A program made the translations under genes and the position numbers. The notes beneath the pieces are model-generated. The model was not told the DNA's origin and did not search any database. It saw only the letters and a program-made list of their open reading frames with translations. Below, piece after piece: positions 29,486 to 40,524 of a stretch of DNA of 64,000 nt. Origin of the DNA: an uncultured Candidatus Entotheonella sp. (GTDB taxonomy: Bacteria; Tectomicrobia; Entotheonellia; Entotheonellales; Entotheonellaceae); assembly GCA_965217185.1 (NCBI GenBank), contig OZ244252.1:480001-544000 (forward strand), written 5' to 3'. Each line of letters opens with the position of its first letter. Positions within the stretch are counted from its first letter, which is position 1.

Positions 29486-32176
29486 ATGCTGCAATTGACA
29501 CTGAGAGAGGAGTTTCGAGGACGCCGACTCAAGGGCACCGCGATCGATCTGGCTAATTCCACCAAGCAGGTCGCTGCGTCGGACTTTCTAGAGATCACTT
29601 ACCCCTCGGCGGACGCTCTTGCCTCGATCGAAGCCACGGGATCCGGGAGCGGTCGGCCTCTCGTGCTTATCGGTGAGCGCGGACAAGGTAAGTCACACCT
29701 CATGGCGATGCTGCATCACAGTTTCACTGATGCAGGGGCAACTCGAAATTGGCTGGTTACGTGGACGGATCGTCTCGGCAACTCGAAACTCGCCGAATTA
29801 CCGCTACGCGATGGGATGCACGTCATCAGTGAAAGTCTCCATCGCCAGAGCTACAAATTCCTGTGGGACCTGGTTTTCGAACGTCACCCCCATGGGGCGG
29901 AAGTTCGCGGGATGTGGAGGGGGCTTGGGGAAAAGAAGACCGATGTGCCGAGCTACGATCTCCTACTTGAACTTTTCGAGCATACGCCAACGGCCTTAGT
30001 CCTGGATGAGTTCCAGACGTGGTATGACGGTTTAATGGACACCAAACAGCATCCTTGGCGGGCATGGGCATTCAACTTCGTTCAGGTTCTCTCCGAAATT
30101 GCCAAAGAACGGCCCGATCTTCTTGTGCTCGTCGTCTCGGTGCGCAACGGAAACACCGATGCTTTTCAGCAGATCCAACGTGTCGGGCCGATTTTGGTCG
30201 ACTTCAAAGGTCCGACAGCCAAGCAAGACCGTCAGAAGCTACTCCTCCACCGTCTGTTCGTGAACCGCATGCAGATATCGGATGCGCACATTGAGACACT
30301 CATAGATGCCCATGTCTCGGAGGACCTACGGCTGCGGCAGATACCGTCGTCGGAGCACAGCCGTGTTTGGCGCGAGTTCGTCCAGAGTTGGCCGTTCGCC
30401 CCCCATCTGATGCAGCTCCTTGAGGATCAGGTTTTGGTGGCCACCCAGGCCCAGGAGACACGCGACCTCATTCGTATCGTCGCCGACCTGTTCAAGCGCC
30501 ACGGAAACAGCCCTGTCATCACCGCTGCCGATTTCCGACTCGACGATGAGAAGAGCGGGATCGCGGCCCTGCTCGACTCTGTGTCGAACCAACACCACGC
30601 CAACCTCCGCGAGAAAGCACAGCGCAACTTGTCCGCCGTTCTGAATGCTGTGAAGAGTCCCGACTGGGAAGTCCCGCATCTTCCGGGGATCGTTGGTGCG
30701 CTCTGGTTGCGCTCTCTCTCGGTCGGCAACATGGCTGGTGCCGAACCTGCAATGCTACAGGTCGATATCACCCGCGACAGGCCTATCGACGACAATGCTT
30801 TCCAGGCCGAATTGACGACGATTGTGGAAAACAGCTTCAACATTCACCAGGATGGCTCACGGCTGGTATTCCGCGAGGAAGAGAACCCACAGGCAAGGCT
30901 GATTGCTAGCGCCCGCAACGACAAGCTTTTCGACGATGGCTCCGACATCGACCAACTGGCCAAAGAGGTGCGCTATGTGATCAGTGGCCAGGAGGGCGTG
31001 TCCAAGGCGTTCCGGGTCGTCGTGCTGCCGGAGAACTGGTCTTTCGCGCCGTGGGACGCGTTCGAGCATGGCGACAAACCGGGAGGCTGGGACGAACGGT
31101 TGCCCCTGCTGGTGCTTCCCGTCAGCCCGGACGAGACAGGCTCGGCGTTGGGGCCGTGGCTCCGTGACCATTTGCAGACGCGCAGAAATGCCGTCCGGTT
31201 TCTGCTGCCCCAGGCGGGGAGCACGAACATCTATCAAGACCGCGATCTGTTGGTCCTCGCTCGTGCTGTGGTTCTGGCAGAACAGTGGAAAACGCAGAGC
31301 CCAGAGTATCGCAAACTGTTCGTCAAGTACGAGCGAGAGCTACGGGATATCCTCAGCAAACGGTTTGACCGCTTTGCCATACTTGATACGTGGAACTACC
31401 AGGAGCCGGCCAGATGTACGTTCCATGTCGAATCCCACAGGGAGCAAGGCGCGCAGATTCCGGCTGTTATTGACAAGCACATCCGCACCAATCTCTTCAT
31501 TCCCGAAGATTTCGAGGCGTTGGTGCGTGTCGCGTCGGGCAACAACGATTCGATAGGCAAGCTTCTGCGCGAGTTGCAGGAGCCCCGCCCGGGCGGGGAG
31601 CCCTGTATCCCATGGTTGGGGGAGACGCTGATGAAGGAGCGGATCATCCGTCTTTGTGCGCAGGGAGAGATCGCCATCAACGTGCGCGGCATGGAGCACT
31701 TGCAGATTAGGGCCGACGAGAGCGAGGAAACCGCCTGGATGCGGATGCGCGCCAAGCTCGGCACGGGGAAACACCTTGACGAGACTTACGTGCTTCGGCC
31801 CCAGGCGATGCCGCATGCCGAGGGCATGTCGGAGCCTCTGCCACGATCGGAGGGCGGCGCTTGTGAGGATTCCCCAGAATACGGCGAACAGACAACAGAG
31901 AACGAAAATGGCGCCGCGGGCAAAATGTCGCCGACGCCAGTCGGATCAGGCAGTATATTTGGCGATGACACCGAGCTCGTACCACACGTCTCCGGCGTCA
32001 CGTCGGCGTTGAATCTCCTCGGGAAGGTCGAGTCGTGGGGCATCAACACCGGAACCCAGGTCCAGGACATGGCGCTCAGGGTTTCCTCATTGACGGGTGC
32101 GCAACTCAATCAACTGCTGCGTGCGCTACCGGACGGGATTGCCTACGAGTTGAGCCTCAACAAGGAGGAGAAATGA
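29486..32176 (+). CDS. DUF499-type AAA+ ATPase (BrxC/PglY-related)
   Basis: FLEITYPS, Walker A GERGQGKSH, Walker B LVLDEFQ, SWPFAP, ETRDLIR; GGGAGG RBS. Confidence 0.85.
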   Translation: MLQLTLREEFRGRRLKGTAIDLANSTKQVAASDFLEITYPSADALASIEATGSGSGRPLVLIGERGQGKSHLMAMLHHSFTDAGATRNWLVTWTDRLGNSKLAELPLRDGMHVISESLHRQSYKFLWDLVFERHPHGAEVRGMWRGLGEKKTDVPSYDLLLELFEHTPTALVLDEFQTWYDGLMDTKQHPWRAWAFNFVQVLSEIAKERPDLLVLVVSVRNGNTDAFQQIQRVGPILVDFKGPTAKQDRQKLLLHRLFVNRMQISDAHIETLIDAHVSEDLRLRQIPSSEHSRVWREFVQSWPFAPHLMQLLEDQVLVATQAQETRDLIRIVADLFKRHGNSPVITAADFRLDDEKSGIAALLDSVSNQHHANLREKAQRNLSAVLNAVKSPDWEVPHLPGIVGALWLRSLSVGNMAGAEPAMLQVDITRDRPIDDNAFQAELTTIVENSFNIHQDGSRLVFREEENPQARLIASARNDKLFDDGSDIDQLAKEVRYVISGQEGVSKAFRVVVLPENWSFAPWDAFEHGDKPGGWDERLPLLVLPVSPDETGSALGPWLRDHLQTRRNAVRFLLPQAGSTNIYQDRDLLVLARAVVLAEQWKTQSPEYRKLFVKYERELRDILSKRFDRFAILDTWNYQEPARCTFHVESHREQGAQIPAVIDKHIRTNLFIPEDFEALVRVASGNNDSIGKLLRELQEPRPGGEPCIPWLGETLMKERIIRLCAQGEIAINVRGMEHLQIRADESEETAWMRMRAKLGTGKHLDETYVLRPQAMPHAEGMSEPLPRSEGGACEDSPEYGEQTTENENGAAGKMSPTPVGSGSIFGDDTELVPHVSGVTSALNLLGKVESWGINTGTQVQDMALRVSSLTGAQLNQLLRALPDGIAYELSLNKEEK

Positions 32177-33180
32177 CAACTCTGCCACTCGACCTGTTGC
32201 GGAAACTCCAGGCAGATACACCTGATGAGGCGTGGCGGGAGCTGTTCGCATTCGCTTGGGAAACCTGTTGTCGCGAAATCACCAGTACGGGCGTGGCGGG
32301 CGAGGTATCACGCCGCGACCGTGCGGTAGCACCGGCAGATCTCTTCTTGGCGACGGCGGGCTGGGACCTCTGGTCGAGCTACTACCACAGTGTTTCCAGG
32401 ACCGCTGACCGACTTGCTGCGTGGTGGGGTTCTATTTCGTCTGGTCGTGCGGTGCTGATTCTCGATGGGCTGTCCCTCCGCGAAGCGCCCTGGTTGATCT
32501 GCGGTGCGACAGAACGAGGCTACGTAGTTCACTCTGCCGAAGCGACCGGGGCCGAACTCCCAGCGGACACAAACCCCTTTGCGAGAGCGCTGGGCTTTGG
32601 CCAGCGTTCGGCTCTCGAAAATAACGGCGCCAGCAACGCTCACCGATTGCCAGGCGCTCGCACCGACAGTGTTGATCTTCCCTGGCGCGAATGTGTCGAT
32701 CTGGTCGATGCATCGCCCGATTGGGTGTTGTGGCATCATTGGCCCGACGAACGGATCCATGACCTTAGCTCACCGGGACGCGGGCTTGCCGTGCTCGCCA
32801 AGGAAGCAGCAGCCCAGCTAACAGACAACGACTTTTGGGCGCTCATTGAACGACTGACCACCGGCCGACGACTCGTCATCACGGGTGACCACGGCTACGC
32901 GGCCACCGGACTGTTTCCCGACGCCTCGGACCACAAGCAGACCCAGCATTTGAAGTCTCGTTTCAGGAGCGGGCGATCCGCGTCAGGAGAACTCTCCCCA
33001 GGTGATTGGGTGCCGCCGATTGACGTTGTTCTGGACACACCTTCCGGTAGTCATGCCTTCGCACTCGGGCGGCGCAAGTGGAAGAGCCAGGGGGGATACC
33101 CAACGCTGGCACACGGCGGGTTGTCGCTGTTGGAAGTGGTGGTTCCCTTCATTGAGTTGTCGAGGCCGTCCGGGGGGTAA
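32173..33180 (+). CDS. Compact PglZ-like alkaline-phosphatase-fold protein
   Basis: LILDGLSLRE, ELPADT, VITGDHGY, HGGLSLLEVVVPF match PglZ-domain motifs; ATGA overlap with the ATPase. Confidence 0.8.
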   Translation: MTTLPLDLLRKLQADTPDEAWRELFAFAWETCCREITSTGVAGEVSRRDRAVAPADLFLATAGWDLWSSYYHSVSRTADRLAAWWGSISSGRAVLILDGLSLREAPWLICGATERGYVVHSAEATGAELPADTNPFARALGFGQRSALENNGASNAHRLPGARTDSVDLPWRECVDLVDASPDWVLWHHWPDERIHDLSSPGRGLAVLAKEAAAQLTDNDFWALIERLTTGRRLVITGDHGYAATGLFPDASDHKQTQHLKSRFRSGRSASGELSPGDWVPPIDVVLDTPSGSHAFALGRRKWKSQGGYPTLAHGGLSLLEVVVPFIELSRPSGG

Positions 33181-33181
33181 A

Positions 33182-36100
33182 ATGGCGCCAAGAAACGGAA
33201 ATACGAAAGCCGAATGGCTTGCTGAAGAGGTCGCGGCGACGGTAAACGCCGGAAAAGCGATTTCACTTGAGACCGTCGACTTCTCGGATCCCGAGCGTCC
33301 GAAGACCTGCCTGGAGGTGGATTTCCCGATTCTTCCCGTCAATCAGATAGCCGTTATCGAGGGCAACGCCGGCAAGCCGATCTACCGGATGTCGAAGTGG
33401 TGGGCTCGCCGGCGTTCGAGCGTGTTCCGTTCGATGCTCATCGCTGCTGCGGTGCGAGCGCCGGACGACCCCGCGGAAGCGGCGAAGGTGGTTTGGGATG
33501 CCTACTACGGCAATCACCAGAAGAAAGGCGCGTTTTCGCAACTCAAAGTCGCCGATATTTTCATGGGCGGCGGCACAACCGTCGTCGAAGGCAGCCGGCT
33601 CGGTATGGAGATGTACGGGACCGATCTCAACCCCGTCGCCTGGTTTGTGGTCAAGAATCAACTTTCCGATGTGAAGCGCTCTGAGGTCGAAGCACTGCTC
33701 GCCGACATCGAAACCGAAGTACGCCCGCAGGTCATGCCGTTCTACGCCTGCGATTGCCCGCGCGGGCATAAGGGAACGTGGCATTGCATATCCACTCGCG
33801 AGGTAATGGGCAATGAGTTTGAACCGCTGGCACTCACTCCAGAAGAACGGCGCGATTTTTCCTACCACGGTCCCGAGGTGATCTACGTCTTCTGGGCCAA
33901 ACATGGACCATGTCAGGTCACCGGCTGCGGCCATCGAACACCGATCATGTCCAGCCCCGTAATTGCCGTGAAGACGCTCACAGTCAAGACTTGGTCTCAT
34001 CGGTGCCCAAGCTGCAAGCAAGCGTTCGACGTCGAAGAGCAAGACGCGCGCATGGCGCCTGACGTTCCCCTGATCGTTGCGGAGTCGGAAGTTGCCTACT
34101 CGATTCTCCAATCCGACTGGTCCGTGCAGTGCCCGCATTGCCGCCGCCGCGAGCAATTCTCCCCCGGGAGAAAGCAGAGAGTAAAGAAGATCGATTTGTC
34201 ACTTTTGATCCATCCGCACTGGCTGGACGGTGAAGCCGGTCAATCGGAAAAGGGTGAGCACTATGGTGGATCTGTCTCTGACGGTGCTGAGGCGACGGTC
34301 AGGTGGAACATCGCCCGCGGCCAAAATATACGTTTGCTTGAAGTGCGCGGCGAATTGCCGGACGAAGTGGTTTGTCCGGAGACCGGAAAGTTGCTGAAGA
34401 CTGGCAAGGCCGGCGGCACGGTCCCCAAGAAGTCCAGTTTCGCGTGCGGTGCTTGCGGAACGGTCCAGAATGTTCTGACCGCGATCAAGGCGTCAGGAAA
34501 GTCGGGACCGGTCGCCGGATACGCGATGCAGGGCTATTGTCCTACCTGTGACCAGGAGAAGCGTCCATATCGCGGACGGTTCTTTGCGGCCGTGAGCGAC
34601 ACACGACCGTTCGACACTGCGGCCCGGGAGTGGGAAGCGCGCAAGGAGAACGATCTCGCTCCATTCTGGCCGCGGCAGGAGGTGCCATATGGCTTCATGA
34701 CGAGTATCGCGAACGCTGACATTCGGGAGGACCACGGTTTTACACACTGGTGGACCATGTTCAACCCGCGCCAGTTTCTAGGTCATACGCAATTGTTGCG
34801 TGCAATTGTCGCGCGAGGATCCACAGAACATCACTGGCAGACTCGCGAATACGTTCTAGTACTTGGCCCCTGTTGAATTGACTGGTTGGTATATTCTCTC
34901 CCGTAGCTGTTGGCAACGGACGCGGATCAAGCTGAGGTCGTTGTACCCGTCAATTCAAAGTGGGTAGAGTACTAGGTGCATTTCAGCAATATTTGCGTAA
35001 CCAAAACATGTTCTGCTTCTGGGACATCAGTCGCGATTGTCTCGCTCCTCACCTGAGCAACGCAAACTATCACCCCAAGAGCAACGTCGTCGAAAACTGT
35101 GTCTTCGCCGATCTGGGAAGAGGAAACTGGACTTCGTGTACAGAGCAGATACTCAAAGGACTGGCCTGGACCGACGTGCCATGGGAGGTCGTCTCCAATG
35201 ATCGTCTGCGACAGCTTAGACCAATGTTGGCGGATGATCTCACGGGAAAGAGTGCGAAAGTGTTCCCGTCGGATCCGGTCCGCCTACGTGCGACGCTGGA
35301 GTGCGTTTCCGCGACTGACCTTTCGGATATCAAAGATGGCACGTACGACATGGTTGTCACGGATCCGCCATTCGGTGGTTTGCTTCACTATTCAGAACTT
35401 GCCGACTTCTTCTACGTCTGGTTGCGACTCGCGCTGCGGGATCGCCACCCTGATCTCTTTTCAGCAGAACACACCCCCAAGACATTGGAAGCGGTCGCAA
35501 ACCGCGCCCGCCATCCCGAAGATGCTGATGCCTTCTACCAGCGCATCTTGACCGCCTGTTGGCGCGAGGCGTATCGGATCCTCAAGCCCGGCGGATTGCT
35601 CTCGTTCACGTTTCACCATAGCGAGGACGCACCGTGGGTAGCCGTTCTGGAGAGTCTTTTCGACGCCGGCTTCTATCTTGAGGCCACCTATCCCATTCGG
35701 GGCGATGAGACCAAAGGATCGGGAGAATTCGGCTCCAAGAAGATCGAGTATGACATCATTCACGTGTGTCGAAAACGAAGGGAGGAACCGAAGTCGGTAA
35801 GCTGGGCCAGGATGCGTCGCGAGGTGATTTTCGATGTGCGACGACTTCAGACCCTTCTCGAACTTCATCAACGGGAGGGACTCCCGGAAGCTGACCTGCA
35901 AGTAATCCGCCGGGGCAAGGCGCTCGAGTATTTCAGCCGCCACTACGGCAAGGTGTACGTCGACGAGGGTAAGCCGATTTCCGTCCAGGACGCCCTTGTA
36001 GGGATCAACCAGCTTCTCGACGAGGAACTCGGAGTCGTTATTGATCCGCCGCCCGTAAACGCTGAGCCATTTACTCGGCAGTTTCTTCGTATGTTTGACA

Positions 36101-36537
36101 GCGTCATTTCCGTGCCGCGTGACCAAGTGCAGAAGTATCTGCGCGGAACGGGTAGCTCGCCGGGAGACTTTGAGGATCGCGGCTGGTGTCGCAACGAGAA
36201 AAAGGTTTATCACTTGGTGCCGCCGCTGGAGATCGCTCGGGGATGGATCGGCAAGCATCGTCGCGGGATGAGCAGCGACTACGATCAGGCGGCATTCCTG
36301 ATCGGGGCTTGCTTCGATAACAGCGGCATCAACGCCGCTAATACGTTGAGCAACAGCAACTTCACCCCCCACCCAGCCTTGGGTGCGCTCCTCGACTGGT
36401 TTTCCCGCCGAGGCGCGACCACGGAACTCCGAAACGCAGCGATCAGAGCACATCATATCCTGCGCGATTGGAAGGCCAAGAACCAGCAGAAGGCCCAACA
36501 GCTTGATCTCTTCTTTGGCGAGGGAGTGGCATTGTGA
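33182..36537 (+). pseudogene. DUF1156 adenine DNA methyltransferase with Zn ribbons, interrupted by a MITE
   Basis: KWWARR, DIFMGGGT, several CxxC, TDPPF; removing 116 bp restores EYVLGAFQQY and a single ~1079-aa frame. Confidence 0.88.
34860..34971. mobile_element. 112-bp MITE
   Basis: CTAG duplicated at 34856-34859 and 34972-34975; imperfect TIRs TACTTGGCCCCTGTTGAATTGAC / TACTCTACCCACTTTGAATTGAC (17/23). Confidence 0.88.
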
Positions 36538-37055
36538 ACCTGCAACGGGGTTCCGGGTGGATGCGACGAGGGTTTGCTCTGCTATGGGACGCCGCCGTGT
36601 TGTCCAAGGTGGTGTCACCGTCGGCTGTCGCATCGATACGAGACTTCTTCGCCATGACCCAATCCTGGCCGGAGGAATTGCCGGGTGCTGGTGGCGACGC
36701 CCTCGTGGTTGCGGGTGTGGAAGGGTGTCTGGACGCTCTCGGCAGCGACGATGGCCAAGCTTGGCTAGAGACCGATCTCAAGCCTGCCATTCTGAGTTTT
36801 CAGGATGAATACCAGGGCCAAGCGGCCTTGATTCTGTGGCTTCCCACGGGCCGGAGCCGTATTAACATGATGCCCGCGACCGAGGAGTATTTCTGGAAGG
36901 ACCGCTCATCGCAAAGCGCGCCGGGTCTGCCTATCGGCCGCTGTCTCTGGGCGGGCGCCGAGTCTGACGCCGCGCGAATCATTGTCTCGGATGCACCGAA
37001 TCCGGACGTTGACGGCGATGCCTACGTCGGGCTCCACCACCCACGGATTTCATGA
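36534..37055 (+). CDS. Hypothetical protein of the DUF499 operon (possibly a degenerate P-loop-fold subunit)
   Basis: 4-nt overlaps with both neighbours; LVVAGVEGCLD strand-acid motif without a Walker A. Confidence 0.7.
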   Translation: MNLQRGSGWMRRGFALLWDAAVLSKVVSPSAVASIRDFFAMTQSWPEELPGAGGDALVVAGVEGCLDALGSDDGQAWLETDLKPAILSFQDEYQGQAALILWLPTGRSRINMMPATEEYFWKDRSSQSAPGLPIGRCLWAGAESDAARIIVSDAPNPDVDGDAYVGLHHPRIS

Positions 37056-39832
37056 TGGAAGACCTGCCGCAGTTTGAACCCGGCCAACGCGTCCGGCATG
37101 CCGAGTTTGGCGAGGGTGTTGCCCTCGGACCGGCTCGTGAAGGATACATTCGGGTATTCTTCACTGACGGCGAGCGCCAAGTCCCCGAGGACGCCATACA
37201 ATCCCTTACCCCTTGGGCCGAACGTATTCTGGAGCATGTCGAGGGGACCGCTGCCCGCCTGAGACGATCGTGGCTGGCGTGTGAGGCTTACTCACTGCCG
37301 CTGATTGAGAGTGCAGCGGCCTTGACGGCAGCGCCGATCGACCTGCTACCCCACCAAGTGGTCCTGACCCATCAAATTGCTACCGCCTCGCCACGGCGCT
37401 ATCTGGTTGCCGACGAGGTTGGACTCGGGAAGACGATCGAGATTGCCCTCGTGCTGCGTGAGTTGGCGAGCCGCGGGGAGTTGAATCGCGCCCTGATGGT
37501 CGTTCCTGCGGGTCTTGTGAACAACTGGCACCGAGAACTCAACGAGATATTCAATCTCGATTTCGAAGTCTTCGGCAGTGAGGGAGACGTCACCGACAGG
37601 AAGTCGAACGCGTTCGCGAAACACGACCGGCTCATCGCCAGTATCGACACCTTGAAGCGGCGAGCGCGGGTGCGCCGGCTACTGGAAGCGCCGCGATGGG
37701 ATCTCGTCGTCTTCGACGAAGCGCATCACCTGACTGCTCACCGCTTGGGTCGCAAGGTACGAAAAACGGAGAATTACAAGCTGGCCGAGGCCCTGAAGGA
37801 TCATGCTCGTGATCTGGTCCTTCTGTCCGCAACCCCGCACCAAGGCGACCACTTTCGCTTCTGGATGCTGATACAACTCCTCAATCCCACACTGTTCTCT
37901 ACGCCTGACGAGATGGTCGCCCACCGCCACCGTCTCAATACCATCGTGTTCCGCAGGACCAAGGCGGATGCCTGCAGACCGGACGGATCCCCGCTCTTCG
38001 CCAGACGCTGGGTTCATACCGAGTCGTTCATCATGGCCGAGGACGAGCGGGCCTTTTACCTCGCTCTACGCGAGTACCTGGAGGAAGGTTTCGCTCTGGC
38101 AAAGCGGCAAGGAAGCCAGGGGCGGGCTCTTGGTTTCGTGATGACCATCTTCCAGAAGATTGCGGCATCGAGTTTCGCGGCCGTGCGCCGGACGCTGCGC
38201 CGCCGATTGATGGTGCTCACGCTGCACGAAGCGATCATCAAGGACCAGAAACTCGACATTGACGCGCGCAACAAGCTCTACGACGAGGCGCGCGATCTCA
38301 TCCACGATGAACACGGCCTCTCGAAAGACGACCCAGTTTCCAAGGGTCAGGTCGATGCAATCCTGGCTGCCCTGAAAGTGCGCCTACTCAAACGCCTGGA
38401 CGAGGACGATCTTGCTATGGCGTCCGACTCCGCTTCCGGTGAGGAAGCCGCTGCAGCGGGTGAAGACGCCGCTGCCATGGCGGTCAGCCTGGCGTTGCCG
38501 GAGGAGCGGCTCCGGATTTGCGACCTGCTCGCTTGTTTTCCCGAGACACGGGAAACGAAGGTCGAGAAACTGCTGCGCGGCCTGGGCGCGCTGTGGGAAC
38601 AGAATTCGAGGGAGAAGGTCGTCATCTTTGCGACCTATCTCGGCACCGTCGATCTGATCGGAAGCGAGATCGAGCGCACGTACCCCGGACAGGGCGTCGT
38701 CGTGCTGCGCGGTGGAGACCACGGCGCAAAGCTGGCGGCCGAGCGGCGATTCAGGAAACCTGACGGGCCGCGCGTGTTGGTCTGCACCGCCGCCGGACGG
38801 GAAGGCATCAACCTGCAATTTGCCCGGGTACTCTTTAACTTCGATCTGCCCTGGAACCCGATGGACGTCGAGCAGCGCATCGGGCGGATCCACCGATACG
38901 GCCAACAACACACGGCGCAGGTCTACAACCTCGTCCTGTCTGACACCATCGAAGGCAGGATTTTCCTTCTGCTCATGGACAAGCTGGAGCAGATTGCGCG
39001 CACCCTCGGCAAGCTCGATGACCAAGGTAACGTCGCGGAAGACCTCCGAATGCAGATCCTTGGACAGCTATCGGAGCGTCTGACCTACGACACACTTTAC
39101 CGAGAAGCACTCTCCGATCCTGAACTGCGTCGCACGAAAGAGGAGCTCGACGCGGCCATGTCGAATGCCACCGAAGCTCGCAAAGTGGTGTTCGAGTTGT
39201 TCCAGGATCTTGATGGCTTCTCTCTCGAAGACTTTAAGCCATTCGCCAACGTAGAAGCTGGGTTTGACCGCATCGTTCGGTTCCTCTGCGCTGCATTGTC
39301 GGAAAACGGACAGCAGGTGAAGTGGCTCAATAAGAATACCTTCGAGATTCTCTCCCGGGAAGGCGACTCAGAGTTGCGTTTCACGACCGCCAGGGAACTC
39401 GCCCGCGAGGAAGAGGGGCTTGAGCTCATGGGACTCGATCATCCATTGATGTCCGAGGCGCTAAAACGCTGGCAGGGACTTGATGCAGAAGCGCTCGGTG
39501 TTGCGGTGAAGGGCAACGGCAGCCCGGCGGTTGTCTCCTGGTGGCTGATTCACACCGAAGGAAAGAACGGGAGGCGCCGATCTTTCCTTCGGTCCCTTGC
39601 GGTCAGTAACGAAGGCAGGCGTGCCCCGATGTTGGAGCGGGAAGGCATCGAGTTGTTGAAACAGCAACCCGGTCCATCCAGCCTGTCTATTGAGCAGCGC
39701 CGTCAACTTTTACACAACACCCTGGAGCCCATGATCCATCGGGAGTTGAAGCATCGTGGCCTTGTCCCTGAGAATGGCGGCTATTCCTCAAAACTGATCG
39801 GCTGGGTTGAGGTGGGAGGAGAAAACTGCTGA
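37052..39832 (+). CDS. SNF2/SWI2-family helicase
   Basis: LLPHQ, ADEVGLGKT, DEAHH, LSATPHQG, GREGINLQ, DLPWNP..EQRIGRIHRYGQ. Confidence 0.93.
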   Translation: MMEDLPQFEPGQRVRHAEFGEGVALGPAREGYIRVFFTDGERQVPEDAIQSLTPWAERILEHVEGTAARLRRSWLACEAYSLPLIESAAALTAAPIDLLPHQVVLTHQIATASPRRYLVADEVGLGKTIEIALVLRELASRGELNRALMVVPAGLVNNWHRELNEIFNLDFEVFGSEGDVTDRKSNAFAKHDRLIASIDTLKRRARVRRLLEAPRWDLVVFDEAHHLTAHRLGRKVRKTENYKLAEALKDHARDLVLLSATPHQGDHFRFWMLIQLLNPTLFSTPDEMVAHRHRLNTIVFRRTKADACRPDGSPLFARRWVHTESFIMAEDERAFYLALREYLEEGFALAKRQGSQGRALGFVMTIFQKIAASSFAAVRRTLRRRLMVLTLHEAIIKDQKLDIDARNKLYDEARDLIHDEHGLSKDDPVSKGQVDAILAALKVRLLKRLDEDDLAMASDSASGEEAAAAGEDAAAMAVSLALPEERLRICDLLACFPETRETKVEKLLRGLGALWEQNSREKVVIFATYLGTVDLIGSEIERTYPGQGVVVLRGGDHGAKLAAERRFRKPDGPRVLVCTAAGREGINLQFARVLFNFDLPWNPMDVEQRIGRIHRYGQQHTAQVYNLVLSDTIEGRIFLLLMDKLEQIARTLGKLDDQGNVAEDLRMQILGQLSERLTYDTLYREALSDPELRRTKEELDAAMSNATEARKVVFELFQDLDGFSLEDFKPFANVEAGFDRIVRFLCAALSENGQQVKWLNKNTFEILSREGDSELRFTTARELAREEEGLELMGLDHPLMSEALKRWQGLDAEALGVAVKGNGSPAVVSWWLIHTEGKNGRRRSFLRSLAVSNEGRRAPMLEREGIELLKQQPGPSSLSIEQRRQLLHNTLEPMIHRELKHRGLVPENGGYSSKLIGWVEVGGENC

Positions 39833-40269
39833 TCTGTCCCAGGTAATAAAACTTGGGGTTGTCGTGGATCGGGAGCCTGCTACCGGCCAACGTCGAGTGG
39901 ACGTTGTGACGATTAGGAAGCGATTTGCGTTAACTGTGACTTTCGCAAAGCAGAGTGAAGAGCCTCGCCCGCTGTCGAATGGCCAAGGAGTATGGGAACA
40001 TGAAAGGCAGCGACGTTGTCTGAGCGATTCGTTGCTGCGCTTGACCCACGCGTCACGGTTTGACGTAACGTGAAGCTCTCTGATCGTGACACGGGCCATC
40101 TTCGCCAAGGCGATGTATGGCTCGAGACAAAATATGCAACCTATTTCCAGCGGAGATCCTGATCATCTGCAAGCATTGGGCAGCCAAGCTTGATGAAGGG
40201 AGACATCGACACCTTCCTCGGCGAGCTAAGGCCCTCTGGAGAGTTCGCCTGACAAGCCGATGCAAACAG

Positions 40270-40524
40270 TCAGTAGTGGTAGCGAAGCTGCGCGATGAGT
40301 AGGGCGTCAGCTTCAACCTTATAGACCATCCGATGCTCATCGGTAATACGCCGGGACCAATACCCAGCCATGCCATGTTTCAACGGTTCAGGCTTGCCTA
40401 TGCCTTCAAAGGCCGTCCGTTGGCAGGCCTGGATGAGCCTGTTGATGCGTTGGAGGATTTTCCGGTCCGTGCGTTGCCAATACAAATAGTCGTCCCAGGC
40501 ATGTTGGGAGAAAATCAGCTTCAC
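40270..40524 (-). CDS. yoeB: Txe/YoeB toxin
   Basis: AWDDYLYWQ, GIGKPEPLK, WSRRITDEHRMVY, RYHY. Confidence 0.95.
   Translation of the reverse strand: MKLIFSQHAWDDYLYWQRTDRKILQRINRLIQACQRTAFEGIGKPEPLKHGMAGYWSRRITDEHRMVYKVEADALLIAQLRYHY

Noticed and set aside
39833..40269. Possible gene remnant or attC-like sequence (GCCTGACAAGCCGATGCA) after the helicase
   Set aside because: No recognisable protein motif, no complementary attC arm and no integron integrase
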